In this document: in pieces, positions 1-9,413 of the stretch
Position numbering within the stretch: the stretch's first letter is position 1
Layout of the letters: the number at the start of each line of letters is the position of its first letter
Virus record (IMG/VR): IMGVR_UViG_3300031555_004162
Location: 14,478 to 78,477 of that record
Source of the DNA: a virus
Lineage: Duplodnaviria; Heunggongvirae; Uroviricota; Caudoviricetes
DNA length: 64,000 nucleotides
Reading direction: 5' to 3' (one strand)
Program-made: the position numbers and the translations under genes
The notes under the pieces: model-generated
Told to the model about the DNA's origin: nothing
What the model saw: the letters and a program-made list of their open reading frames with translations, nothing else
Database searches by the model: none

Positions 1-107
1 CTCCCTTCAATTAATGAGTATTCCAAAATTTATATAAACGACCCTTTAATTACATTTTTCATATGATGAAATAAATTCTAAATCATCATTAATTAATTCG
101 CCTCGTA

Positions 108-575
108 TTAAATCATTAAATTAAATGCATCATAAACTCCACTATTGAGTTCATCATAGTCCGGACCATAATGTTTAATTAATTTATCTCTTAATGTATC
201 ATATAATTCTATAACATCTTCATCAGACATACCATCAAATATTGTTTCGCTGTCTGGAGATACTCCATGAGATGTAATAAAATCTTCTACATAACTCTCA
301 AAAGTAGTATAATTGTATGCTAAATCAATAGCATCTTTTAATTCTTCAATTGATTTATTTTCGAGTTCTGTCTTAAACATATTTTTCAATTCAATAACTT
401 TGTAATAAATATCTTCAATTATTTCATTACATTGTTTTGGAATTAATTCCTTTTGAGAAACACTTGAAATAACATCATTTATTTCTTTAAGTGTTCTTTT
501 ATAATTTTTATTAGACACTTTTACAGGTTTATCAAACTCTTTAAGTGTTTGAAAATCTTCTAATATCTTAATCAT
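108..575 (-). CDS. hypothetical protein (155 aa, acidic)
   Basis: ORF on the coding (-) strand, packed against its neighbours; no recognisable motif. Confidence 0.5.
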   Translation of the reverse strand: MIKILEDFQTLKEFDKPVKVSNKNYKRTLKEINDVISSVSQKELIPKQCNEIIEDIYYKVIELKNMFKTELENKSIEELKDAIDLAYNYTTFESYVEDFITSHGVSPDSETIFDGMSDEDVIELYDTLRDKLIKHYGPDYDELNSGVYDAFNLMI

Positions 576-630
576 TTTTATTTCACCTCATTTCTTATTT
601 TATTAAATCATATTTATTTTTCTTTCATTA

Positions 631-1101
631 TTAATTAAACGCATCAATATATAACTCAACATTATCATCAATAAAGTGAGGCATTGATGTACTTTTTGAA
701 ATAAAATAATCACCATAGTTGTTTATATCCGTATGTTTTTCGTAAAATTCTTTATAATATTCGCGTAATTTATTTATAAATTCAGTCTTAGATGTAGTAA
801 CTGCATCTTTAAGATAAGATGATAACATTGATAATTCAACATAACGATATTTATAGTTATTAGATTCAATATTCCATAAACCCACATTTATATGCAAACC
901 TTGTGAATCTATTATTGTATCTTTGATTTTACATACAAAGGGTTCGCCACTTGTACTATTAAATCCTCCTAAAATTAAGCCTTTATAACTAAATGCAGTA
1001 TCATAAGCTGATTGCAAATCATTAATTATATTTTCAAAATTAAATTCGTTATTATTGATATGTTCTTCATTCATAATTTGTAAGTTTTCAAATAAATTCA
1101 T
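631..1101 (-). CDS. MNLFENLQ-leader family protein 1
   Basis: ORF 631..1116 trimmed to the internal ATG, which has GGAGG 8 nt upstream. N-terminus MNLFENLQIMNE is shared with three adjacent genes. Confidence 0.6.
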   Translation of the reverse strand: MNLFENLQIMNEEHINNNEFNFENIINDLQSAYDTAFSYKGLILGGFNSTSGEPFVCKIKDTIIDSQGLHINVGLWNIESNNYKYRYVELSMLSSYLKDAVTTSKTEFINKLREYYKEFYEKHTDINNYGDYFISKSTSMPHFIDDNVELYIDAFN

Positions 1102-1120
1102 TTTTATTTCCTCCATTTAA

Positions 1121-1444
1121 TTAAGCATTTGCATGAGATTCAAATGTCCCAATAACTAAAAGTGCATTATATATTGTTTCAAATTCTTCAGCTGTCATTA
1201 TATCATCTTCAACCGCTATAGAGATATACTCATTTTTAATTTGAGAAGTATTGGTTCCTCTTTCAGAATTAAAAGCATCTCCAATATCTGCTAATATTTC
1301 TTCGTAAGCTTTTTCAACAAAAGCTACTTTTTCTTTTGGGAATTGTTTTAAGGTTTCTCTAGCATTAGATACCTTCTTAAAGAATTCTCTTGGAGATTCT
1401 GTTTTAGCTTCTTTCATTAACTGCAAATTTTCAAATAAATTCAT
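1121..1444 (-). CDS. MNLFENLQ-leader family protein 2
   Basis: Start moved to the ATG (MNLFENLQLMKE) behind a GAGGTGA site; same conserved leader. Confidence 0.6.
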   Translation of the reverse strand: MNLFENLQLMKEAKTESPREFFKKVSNARETLKQFPKEKVAFVEKAYEEILADIGDAFNSERGTNTSQIKNEYISIAVEDDIMTAEEFETIYNALLVIGTFESHANA

Positions 1445-1463
1445 ATATATCACCTCATTTTAA

Positions 1464-1808
1464 TTATAAGTTATCAACTTTTATTAATATATCTATTTGT
1501 GATGAACTAACATTGTAGATATCAAAATTAAATTCATCAGCAAATGATTTTATAAATTCTCTAAAGTTATTTGGAATTAAACATGGATATGTAACAGTGA
1601 GTTTAATATCATATCCCTTAGAAAAATATTCATCTGAAATATATTTTGTAGCTGAGAATAACATACAAGCATGTAATTCATTCTCTGTTCCAAACTTAGC
1701 TTTAAATTTATCATAAAATTTATTTTCTATTTCTTCTGCAATATCATCTAAAGTTTTATTATTTAAACTAACTTCTTTTATCATTTGCAAATTTTCAAAT
1801 AAATTCAT
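1464..1808 (-). CDS. MNLFENLQ-leader family protein 3
   Basis: N-terminus MNLFENLQMIKE; the body is unrelated to the other family members. Confidence 0.6.
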   Translation of the reverse strand: MNLFENLQMIKEVSLNNKTLDDIAEEIENKFYDKFKAKFGTENELHACMLFSATKYISDEYFSKGYDIKLTVTYPCLIPNNFREFIKSFADEFNFDIYNVSSSQIDILIKVDNL

Positions 1809-1837
1809 TTACATCACTTCCTATAATTATATTTTAT

Positions 1838-2053
1838 TTATATAAATCTTCTATAGCATCTCTTAAATATAACTATCTTATATGTTTTCTTTTCTAAAGC
1901 AGCTATCTCGTTGTTTTTAAGAAAATTATCCGGTAATTCTACTCTAACATATTTCATATTATAATATTCAAACTCTTCACCAATATTTACATCTCGTAGC
2001 AATGTCATATTATCTATGTCTCCCTTCAAAGGTCTCTCCTTTAGGATTTTCAT
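1838..2053 (-). CDS. hypothetical small protein (alternative frame A)
   Basis: ATG (MKILKERP) with AGTAGGA upstream; overlaps ORF 2010..2195 in another frame, so only one is likely real. Confidence 0.3.
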   Translation of the reverse strand: MKILKERPLKGDIDNMTLLRDVNIGEEFEYYNMKYVRVELPDNFLKNNEIAALEKKTYKIVIFKRCYRRFI

Positions 2054-2195
2054 TTTTAGTAATCCTACTGAAAGATTGTTTAAAATTATCAAATTTTTTC
2101 ATTAGAAGAATTCTAGTTTCTTTATTATTAAAATCATTTGCCAATTCATTAAATTTTTCTGATTGCTTTTCTGTTAATCTCATGATGGTTCTCAT
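2010..2195 (-). CDS. hypothetical small protein (alternative frame B)
   Basis: 61-aa ORF starting 30 nt after the upstream gene; no clear RBS; overlaps 1838..2053. Confidence 0.3.
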   Translation of the reverse strand: MRTIMRLTEKQSEKFNELANDFNNKETRILLMKKFDNFKQSFSRITKNENPKGETFEGRHR

Positions 2196-2225
2196 TTACT
2201 ATTAATTTTTATAATATTTATAATC

Positions 2226-2603
2226 TTATTTTTCAATTTTAGTTATTTTTCTATAACCTGAATTATATAAGTTTTTAGCAGAATACCAATAATCTACTCT
2301 TGTCTCACCAAACTCTCTACCAGCCCATTCATCATATTCAATAATTTTATTTAAATCATCATCCATAGCAGATATAGTTTCTGTATAAATTTTTAATTCA
2401 TCTTCTGACATGTCACATTCTGCTTTAATTTCCACTACAGGAGATAATTCCATTAATTTATATTCAAAAGCATGATTAAGATCGTTATGAAGTTTAATAA
2501 AGTCTAATGCTTCATTTATATTTTCTTCAGTATATATTACATCTTTTATATAATCTTTCACTACACCATCTAACGATTTTATTAAGATTGCATATAATTT
2601 CAT
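2226..2603 (-). CDS. hypothetical protein
   Basis: 125-aa ORF on the coding strand. Confidence 0.5.
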   Translation of the reverse strand: MKLYAILIKSLDGVVKDYIKDVIYTEENINEALDFIKLHNDLNHAFEYKLMELSPVVEIKAECDMSEDELKIYTETISAMDDDLNKIIEYDEWAGREFGETRVDYWYSAKNLYNSGYRKITKIEK

Positions 2604-2606
2604 TTT

Positions 2607-2972
2607 TTATTCTCCTTTCAATTTAAATTCAAAATCATAATATTTCTGTAATCCTACTATCATACTTCTCATAAAATAATTCATTTTTTCACTATAATGT
2701 TTTATTGCAAACTCTTTAGCTTTTTCAAATGTTTCAAAACCATATTTGGTATGCAATGTAGAACCAGGAATATCAGATATATTGAATCCATCATAATCAG
2801 TAAGAGTTATAAAAGATGTTCTCCACATTTTATTGCTACCGTCCATAATGCTATGATATTTACTAATTATAATTAAAACATCTATAACATCATGCACTTT
2901 TATTTCTGCCTTATATAATTCCTCTTCACCTTCATGTTTTTTAAATTTTAATTCTTTTAAACTGTTCTCCAT
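2607..2972 (-). CDS. hypothetical protein
   Basis: ORF trimmed to MENSLKEL, which has AAGGAGG 8 nt upstream. Confidence 0.5.
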   Translation of the reverse strand: MENSLKELKFKKHEGEEELYKAEIKVHDVIDVLIIISKYHSIMDGSNKMWRTSFITLTDYDGFNISDIPGSTLHTKYGFETFEKAKEFAIKHYSEKMNYFMRSMIVGLQKYYDFEFKLKGE

Positions 2973-3079
2973 AATGATATCCTCCTTTAAATGTATAATA
3001 TAATTATAAACCATTTTACTATAAATGTAAACATAAATTTATCAATTGTATTTAACTTTGGTATAAGTGTCTAAACAAA

Positions 3080-3120
3080 AATATAAGACTTGTATATTTT
3101 TAACAAGTCTTATAAATTAA
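3080..3120 (-). terminator. hairpin (ataagacttgt / acaagtcttat) after gene 3149..3712
   Basis: 11-bp inverted repeat with an AT-rich loop in an intergenic region. Confidence 0.35.
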
Positions 3121-3148
3121 ATATTAAAACATTTATTTTTAACTTTCA

Positions 3149-3712
3149 TTATAAAAGATTTATGTATAAAAAATCTTTACCTGTTCCTAATTCATTTAAT
3201 GATATATTTATTTTACAATTATTTTCTTTTTCAAATTCAGGTAGTTCTTTTTTTAATTTAAGAATATCATTACCACTTAAATACCATCTACCATATTGTG
3301 ATTGATCATCATTCAAATATATTTTTAAATGTTTATCTTTTATTAATTGAATTAATTTATTATATATATTTAGTATTTTTTCATTATTATTTTTTTCATT
3401 ATTTTCATTATTATCATCATCTAAAAAATCTAATCCATACATAATATCAATTGCTTTATTATATTCATCACTTGTTATTTCTTTAATATTTAAAATATTG
3501 CCTATTGAACATATATCTATCCATTCAAGATCGGTATTATTATCATTACATAATCTATCTATAACTTTTGTAGTACTTTCATCGGAAAATAAAGATACAT
3601 CTATAATCGTTTCTATAGGAATTTTACCGTCCGAACCATTTATCATATAATATTTTTTAGCAACATTATTTTCTTCTTCTTTCATTAATTGCAAATTTTC
3701 AAATAAATTCAT
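3149..3712 (-). CDS. MNLFENLQ-leader family protein 4
   Basis: N-terminus MNLFENLQLMKEEE; GAGGTTGA RBS; Asn/Asp-rich divergent body. Confidence 0.6.
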   Translation of the reverse strand: MNLFENLQLMKEEENNVAKKYYMINGSDGKIPIETIIDVSLFSDESTTKVIDRLCNDNNTDLEWIDICSIGNILNIKEITSDEYNKAIDIMYGLDFLDDDNNENNEKNNNEKILNIYNKLIQLIKDKHLKIYLNDDQSQYGRWYLSGNDILKLKKELPEFEKENNCKINISLNELGTGKDFLYINLL

Positions 3713-3718
3713 TGTTTA

Positions 3719-4078
3719 TCAACCTCTAAAATAATTTATTAAATTTTTAGTTATAAATTCATCATTAATATCATAAAAATTATCATTTACTATAGTTCTT
3801 AATAAATTTAATTGTTCTATTGTTAATTCTTCTTCTTTTAATCTATCTACAAATAATTCAATATCTACTATTTCTGTATCACAAATTATCATATAATCAT
3901 CTATTTCATTATCAGGTTCATATAATTGAAATAATCCATCTAATAAAGTATATCTTCCTATACCACATCTTTTATTGTTATAACTATTATCTTCAAAAAA
4001 TATTTCAGCATTTATTAATTTAGATACAATATCTTCTATATCTTCATATATATCATTAACATTATCAAATAAACTCAT
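3719..4078 (-). CDS. leader-family-like protein 5 (MSLFDNV variant)
   Basis: Start trimmed to MSLFDNVNDIYED with GAGGGA 7 nt upstream; N-terminus resembles the family leader (M[NS]LF[ED]N). Confidence 0.5.
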   Translation of the reverse strand: MSLFDNVNDIYEDIEDIVSKLINAEIFFEDNSYNNKRCGIGRYTLLDGLFQLYEPDNEIDDYMIICDTEIVDIELFVDRLKEEELTIEQLNLLRTIVNDNFYDINDEFITKNLINYFRG

Positions 4079-4190
4079 TTTAAATCCCTCATCAATATAA
4101 TTAAACTTATTTCTATTTAACATTAAATACAGCCAATATAAATTCTATTTAATTATATTTTATTTATCTTAAAATGCATATTTGAAAATT

Positions 4191-4220
4191 AATAAAGACT
4201 TCTTAATTGAAGTCTTTATT
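4191..4220 (-). terminator. rho-independent terminator
   Basis: aataaagacttc / gaagtctttatt 12-bp stem, followed on the minus strand by a T-run. Confidence 0.45.
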
Positions 4221-4844
4221 AATAAAATGTGTTATATCAGATTCGCTTGTAAAATAATATTTTTCACCATCTTCAGACATTCCGGTATTTAGTTCATCTA
4301 ATGTACATATAACACTATCATATGAATCTGCCTTTAATAATACTGAATGCTTAGTTATAACTATATTATCTACTGTCATTGCATTTATTTCATTATTAAT
4401 TTTATCGTAAACATATATTAAATCATCTACATGCACATCGCCTAAAGCATATTTATTTTTAGATATATTTTTAGTTTCAAAATAATCAATATCTGCATAG
4501 ATTAAATCTAAATAAACTAATTCACCATTATAATAAACTAAATTTTTATCAAATACTTCATTTATAAGATTTAAAAATGCCTTGGTTTCATCTTTATCTA
4601 AAATTTCATCTAATACATGAATATCCCATTCTTCATATGCATCTTCACCTATTTGTTTAATTATATCCTCTAAATCAAATTGCATTCTATCTGATTCAGC
4701 TATATAAACATCTTTATCATTAATATATTCTTTTAAATCTTTTATCGATAATAATTCTTCTTTTGTCATTATATCCGGATTTGTATATGTAGAGTCATAA
4801 ATTAATAATAATTGATTGTTAGAACATTCAGATAATTTTTTCAT
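4203..4844 (-). CDS. hypothetical protein (213 aa, acidic)
   Basis: ORF; no motif recognised. Confidence 0.5.
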   Translation of the reverse strand: MKKLSECSNNQLLLIYDSTYTNPDIMTKEELLSIKDLKEYINDKDVYIAESDRMQFDLEDIIKQIGEDAYEEWDIHVLDEILDKDETKAFLNLINEVFDKNLVYYNGELVYLDLIYADIDYFETKNISKNKYALGDVHVDDLIYVYDKINNEINAMTVDNIVITKHSVLLKADSYDSVICTLDELNTGMSEDGEKYYFTSESDITHFINKDFN

Positions 4845-4857
4845 ATTATATTACCTC

Positions 4858-5400
4858 TTACGGATGATATGTTATTTTTTCAATTTTGGTAATAGAACCA
4901 TTAAGAGGCATATACACATTTGCAGTTCCCATTCTTTTAACTAATTTATTTAATTTTCTAGTGTCTACTACAAATTCAACAATATCTTTATTTCTAACTG
5001 CATATTGATGAGTAGAATTAGTATGTCTATCTGCTTTACAATCACCTAATATTGCATAAAATACTTTTCCCATATCGGTAGTGATTCTATATCTACTACC
5101 AATTTCTGTTCCATAATATGAACCTAATGCAACTACATAATAATCATCGGTAATTCCTAAATCTCTTTCACCATAACTTCTTAAAAATCCTTCATTATCG
5201 GTATATGTCCATGTATGTAAAAATTTATATTGAGCACTTCTTGTATTTGTAACTGCTCTATAGTCCATGTATGTTTTGAATGATGAATTAAACCATGTAG
5301 GCACATTCATTGATGTGTATTCCATATAAGCCGCATTTGCAGGTATACTGCTTCCTACCAAAATTGTTATTGTTAATAAAATTTTTAATAATTTTTTCAT
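4858..5400 (-). CDS. secreted protein, possible 3D (MltA-like) domain
   Basis: Start trimmed to MKKLLKILL (GGAGTG RBS). N-terminal signal peptide ending ...IPANA. Motif VVALG..YGTEIG..I.....G...A..GD..AD resembles the 3D domain. Confidence 0.4.
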   Translation of the reverse strand: MKKLLKILLTITILVGSSIPANAAYMEYTSMNVPTWFNSSFKTYMDYRAVTNTRSAQYKFLHTWTYTDNEGFLRSYGERDLGITDDYYVVALGSYYGTEIGSRYRITTDMGKVFYAILGDCKADRHTNSTHQYAVRNKDIVEFVVDTRKLNKLVKRMGTANVYMPLNGSITKIEKITYHP

Positions 5401-5540
5401 AAGTTTTAAACACTCCAATTCATTTTTTATTTAATTTATCATAAGTGTAATTAATCTTAAATCATAAGCACCAACTCCTCATATTATTAATAATCACAAT
5501 TGAACAAAAACATTATTTAATTGAATTGTTTTTTATTAAA

Positions 5541-5571
5541 ATTAAAAAAGTTATTAGATAAACTAATAACT
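5541..5571 (-). terminator. hairpin terminator after gene 5573..5926
   Basis: aagttattag ... ctaataactt inverted repeat. Confidence 0.4.
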
Positions 5572-5572
5572 T

Positions 5573-5926
5573 TTAATTAGATATTTCTAATTGTTTCATA
5601 GCTATTTGTGCAAGTGATATTGTACTCATATTTGATAATTCTTCTACAACATGTGTAACAGTTATAATAGAATTATTCTTATTTAATTCATTTGCAACTT
5701 CTATGGCTTTATTTTCATCATCATATATTAAACCATCCACCATAAATTTTAAATATTTAGCACTTTCTTTTTCCATTAATACTATTACATATTGCTTTCT
5801 TGCATATCCCACAGTTTTAAAATATTGTTCCATTGTATTATATCTTGTTTCGACATCTTTTAATGTTAAATCTGAATCATCATTGATATGTAAGTTTAAT
5901 AATTCTTCTTTTATTTTTATTGGCAT
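5573..5926 (-). CDS. hypothetical protein
   Basis: 117-aa ORF. Confidence 0.45.
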   Translation of the reverse strand: MPIKIKEELLNLHINDDSDLTLKDVETRYNTMEQYFKTVGYARKQYVIVLMEKESAKYLKFMVDGLIYDDENKAIEVANELNKNNSIITVTHVVEELSNMSTISLAQIAMKQLEISN

Positions 5927-5967
5927 TTACATTCACCTCTTAATTTTTATCTAAAAGAAATAAGTCA

Positions 5968-6171
5968 TTATACTTCTTTTAGATAATTTATTCTTTTAAG
6001 TAAGTCAACACATGCAGCGTTAAAATTATTTTCTACTGTATCTTTTCTTGAAATACTTTTTAGTTTATATTTATTTTTAATAATATATTGTTTATTATCA
6101 GCATATATATCATAGTTATTTCCATTTAAATCTACATAATGTTTGATGATTTTATCAATTGCATTATTCAT
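5968..6171 (-). CDS. hypothetical small protein
   Basis: 67-aa ORF. Confidence 0.35.
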   Translation of the reverse strand: MNNAIDKIIKHYVDLNGNNYDIYADNKQYIIKNKYKLKSISRKDTVENNFNAACVDLLKRINYLKEV

Positions 6172-6199
6172 ATCATTTATTTTCTCCTTTAAATAAATT

Positions 6200-6763
6200 T
6201 CATTGCTCTGTAAATTTAATAACTAACTTATCATCTTCAATATAAATGTCGTTGATAATTCCTTGTACTCTTTTTGTATCAAATTCAATATTTTTAAAAC
6301 GCATCGAACAATTATTTTGATTTATAAATGTACATTCATATGATAATAAATAATGAACAAATCGTTCTTTATAATAAGAACGCAATATATCATATAATCC
6401 TGATATTCTTATACCATGTGTAATACCTTTACTTTTATATTCTTCTTTCATATTATTTACAATACTTATTATTTTAGTCATTAATTCATCATCACATTTA
6501 TTACATGTTTTATCTAAATATTCATTTAATTTATCTTCACTACTAAAATAAACATATTCATCAACTCTTATATCGGTATCAATATACTTTAATGGGAATT
6601 CTTTTTTATCCAAATCATGGACATGTATAAAACATTTAGTTTCATCATCTTCTAATTTTATTATCAATTGATCTATCACACATACATATTTACTTTTTCT
6701 TGGAAGATATAAAATGTATAAATAATCGCCTAATTCAAAATTACAATTAATATTAAAATTCAT
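6200..6763 (-). CDS. hypothetical protein
   Basis: 187-aa ORF. Confidence 0.5.
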   Translation of the reverse strand: MNFNINCNFELGDYLYILYLPRKSKYVCVIDQLIIKLEDDETKCFIHVHDLDKKEFPLKYIDTDIRVDEYVYFSSEDKLNEYLDKTCNKCDDELMTKIISIVNNMKEEYKSKGITHGIRISGLYDILRSYYKERFVHYLLSYECTFINQNNCSMRFKNIEFDTKRVQGIINDIYIEDDKLVIKFTEQ

Positions 6764-6784
6764 TATTGATTTCTCCTTTTAAAT

Positions 6785-7081
6785 TTATTTTATATATATA
6801 AACGATGTGGTACAATATCGTCCGTTATTTAAAAATTTAAATCTTAATTCAGATTTAAACTTATGTGGCCAAGTGTTTGTATGTTCTATTCTATTAAACA
6901 TTATTACAACGTCATTCATTTTTAAATAGCTTATGTTATGATACCATTCTATTTCATACGTAATATCATTTAAAATAAAAGATATAGTTCTACTAAAACC
7001 ATATTTATCTACACCTGTATGTCCTAAATATTCAATTTCAGGAACAGATAATAATACTTTTTCTATTTGTTCTAGATCCAA
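6785..7081 (-). CDS. hypothetical protein
   Basis: 98-aa ORF. Confidence 0.45.
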   Translation of the reverse strand: MDLEQIEKVLLSVPEIEYLGHTGVDKYGFSRTISFILNDITYEIEWYHNISYLKMNDVVIMFNRIEHTNTWPHKFKSELRFKFLNNGRYCTTSFIYIK

Positions 7082-7086
7082 GATGA

Positions 7087-7299
7087 CTACTCCCCTTTAC
7101 ATGCAATTTGCTTACTTAAAGTTAATAATTCTTTCCTTAATCTGATAATATCATTTTCCATTCTAGAATATCCTCTAATCCCATATGTTAATGTTATATT
7201 GGTTTCTTTTTCTAATGTTTTCTGAATATCATTTTTTAATCTAGAATACAATTCATCACAAAAAGATAACTGATTAATTATATCTTTTTTAGTAGCCAT
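7087..7299 (-). CDS. hypothetical small protein
   Basis: 70-aa ORF. Confidence 0.4.
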   Translation of the reverse strand: MATKKDIINQLSFCDELYSRLKNDIQKTLEKETNITLTYGIRGYSRMENDIIRLRKELLTLSKQIACKGE

Positions 7300-7301
7300 A
7301 T

Positions 7302-7829
7302 TTATTTCTCCTCAATTCGTTTTATAATATCTTCTACAATAGCATCATAACTTTCAAGTTCTCCTGTATATTCTTTATATGGAATATTATTTGATAATAA
7401 CATATTAACTATATCTTCATATAATTTACTTGCTTCAGCTTCAGTTTGATTTCTTCCTTTAGGATTATAAGGTTTTACTTTTTTTATCATATAATTTAAA
7501 TTTTTATATGAATTAAAAACATTAAGCACTGTTTGATTAAAATGAAATCCTAATTTTTCATCTTGATTATATACTATAGATAAAGGTAATGGACTATCTG
7601 TAATTATCATAAAAACTTTATCTTCACATCTACTAATTCTATAATATTGTTTACCAAACATATATGCTTGATTTTTTAAAGCGGTTTGATTTTCTTCCCA
7701 TGTTTTATCTTTAGCAAATTCTGTTACTAATTCTACATTTAAACCTGTCATTTTTAATTTTGAAAAAATATAAGCTGCTCCTGTTGATTTACCTGCTCCC
7801 GGTTGTCCAAATAAATTTACTACATACAT
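7302..7829 (-). CDS. P-loop NTPase / nucleotide kinase-like
   Basis: Walker A motif GQPGAGKST at the N-terminus; size (175 aa) typical of dNMP/adenylate-kinase-like proteins. Confidence 0.55.
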   Translation of the reverse strand: MYVVNLFGQPGAGKSTGAAYIFSKLKMTGLNVELVTEFAKDKTWEENQTALKNQAYMFGKQYYRISRCEDKVFMIITDSPLPLSIVYNQDEKLGFHFNQTVLNVFNSYKNLNYMIKKVKPYNPKGRNQTEAEASKLYEDIVNMLLSNNIPYKEYTGELESYDAIVEDIIKRIEEK

Positions 7830-8026
7830 ATGTGTTCCTCTCTTTCTTTATAAATTGTTTTTGGATATAGTTCATAAGATGTTTCTATTTTTCCACATTT
7901 AGGACATCTATATTTATATTGTGGTGGATTACTCATTAGTATTAAATTATCTCTTTCCATTTGTTCTCCACATTCACAATATGCATATTCTATATAAATA
8001 TTTACCGGTATAGATTGTATATTCAT
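7820..8026 (-). CDS. zinc-ribbon protein
   Basis: CxxC...CxxC (CECG...CPKCG). Confidence 0.4.
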   Translation of the reverse strand: MNIQSIPVNIYIEYAYCECGEQMERDNLILMSNPPQYKYRCPKCGKIETSYELYPKTIYKEREEHICM

Positions 8027-8045
8027 AATTTAATCTTCTCCTTTT

Positions 8046-8405
8046 TTAATTTAAAACATCATTAAAAAATTCAACTAAAATATCTTTTATAATATCTATA
8101 GGAATATTTTTTGATTTTAATATTCTTAATAAAGTAAAAGGTTCATTTACTCTATTGTGTGTATTTTGATTTTCAAATTCATTACTTATAACATTTGTTA
8201 TTTCTGTCAAATTCCATTCATCGGTAAATTGCACATTTTTATCAGGATGTTTCCATATATGTTTGTTACAAGATTCACAAGTTCTTTCTTCAACAGAAAA
8301 ATCTTCTAAAAAATATTCAGGGTAGCCTCCTGTATGAAATGTTTGACAATGATTACATTCAGGACATTTAAATTTTCTAACACCAAATAATTCTATGTAA
8401 CTCAT
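8046..8405 (-). CDS. zinc-ribbon protein
   Basis: CPECNHC ... CESCNKH. Confidence 0.45.
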   Translation of the reverse strand: MSYIELFGVRKFKCPECNHCQTFHTGGYPEYFLEDFSVEERTCESCNKHIWKHPDKNVQFTDEWNLTEITNVISNEFENQNTHNRVNEPFTLLRILKSKNIPIDIIKDILVEFFNDVLN

Positions 8406-8449
8406 ATTATTTTCCTCTTTTTAATTATAATAATGTCAATATTTAAACA

Positions 8450-8947
8450 TTATTTTGTAGCGTTAAAATATTCATTAGATAAAATTTCATATAATTTTCT
8501 GTCATGATATGTTCCGTCAATTAATTTCACATCATCTTTACAAATACCAACTATTCTTCCGCCAAATTTTTTAATCATTTTATCATATGATTTTTCTACC
8601 GGATTTCCCACCACTACATAAAAACTTAATTTTCTAAATTTATATTTTTCAAATATATCTTTTAATGCTTTCATTAAATCTTTGCCAAAAACTAATTTAT
8701 TATTTGAAAAATTTATTATACTTAATGCATTTACTTTACTTTCAGCTCGTACAACGTTATAAGCTATATAGCCTATAACTTCATTATTATGAATTGATAC
8801 AAATTGATGTCTATTCCATGTATTTGTATCAATTGTCATAGTATCATGAAACACATCATTAACCCAGTATTTATATCTATCATTAAACCACATATCATAT
8901 TGTAATTTTTCTAATTGTTCTTTATATTTTATTGCAGGTTCTAGCAT
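8450..8947 (-). CDS. GNAT-like acetyltransferase (tentative)
   Basis: Length and the FGKDLMKAL...SFYVVVGNPVEKSYDKMIKKFGG segment resemble the GNAT acyl-CoA binding core. Confidence 0.4.
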   Translation of the reverse strand: MLEPAIKYKEQLEKLQYDMWFNDRYKYWVNDVFHDTMTIDTNTWNRHQFVSIHNNEVIGYIAYNVVRAESKVNALSIINFSNNKLVFGKDLMKALKDIFEKYKFRKLSFYVVVGNPVEKSYDKMIKKFGGRIVGICKDDVKLIDGTYHDRKLYEILSNEYFNATK

Positions 8948-8962
8948 ATGTAATCTCCTTTA

Positions 8963-9412
8963 TTATTCAATTTCATATATGTGATAACAATATACCTTGT
9001 CTATGTGTGTATCATCATACAAATATTCGTGTTGTGGATTTTGGTTTCCAATATACTCTCCCCACTTATGCCATCTCCAACCACCTTCTGATGATTGTGC
9101 CTCTCTTTTTACAGTAGACAATCCAACAACATAATTTTTATCAACAGCATTGAGTAAATCTTTATGTTTTTCTAAAATCTGTTCATAATTGTCACAGACG
9201 CCATTTGTTACCCAGTTATTTATAATATTCACATTACATTTTTCTTCTAAAAATCCTTCAAAGTTATATGCATATCCATCATGCCTATATACTCCTGTTG
9301 TATAATGCTCAAAATAGTTTTCCTCTTGACTTAAATCAATACCGTTTACTTGTGCAATAGTTGCATAAATAAAACTCGGTTTAACATTGTTATATTCTAC
9401 ATCTTTTAACAT
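8963..9412 (-). CDS. hypothetical protein
   Basis: Start trimmed to MLKDVEY with GAGGAGG 9 nt upstream. Confidence 0.45.
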   Translation of the reverse strand: MLKDVEYNNVKPSFIYATIAQVNGIDLSQEENYFEHYTTGVYRHDGYAYNFEGFLEEKCNVNIINNWVTNGVCDNYEQILEKHKDLLNAVDKNYVVGLSTVKREAQSSEGGWRWHKWGEYIGNQNPQHEYLYDDTHIDKVYCYHIYEIE

Positions 9413-9413
9413 A

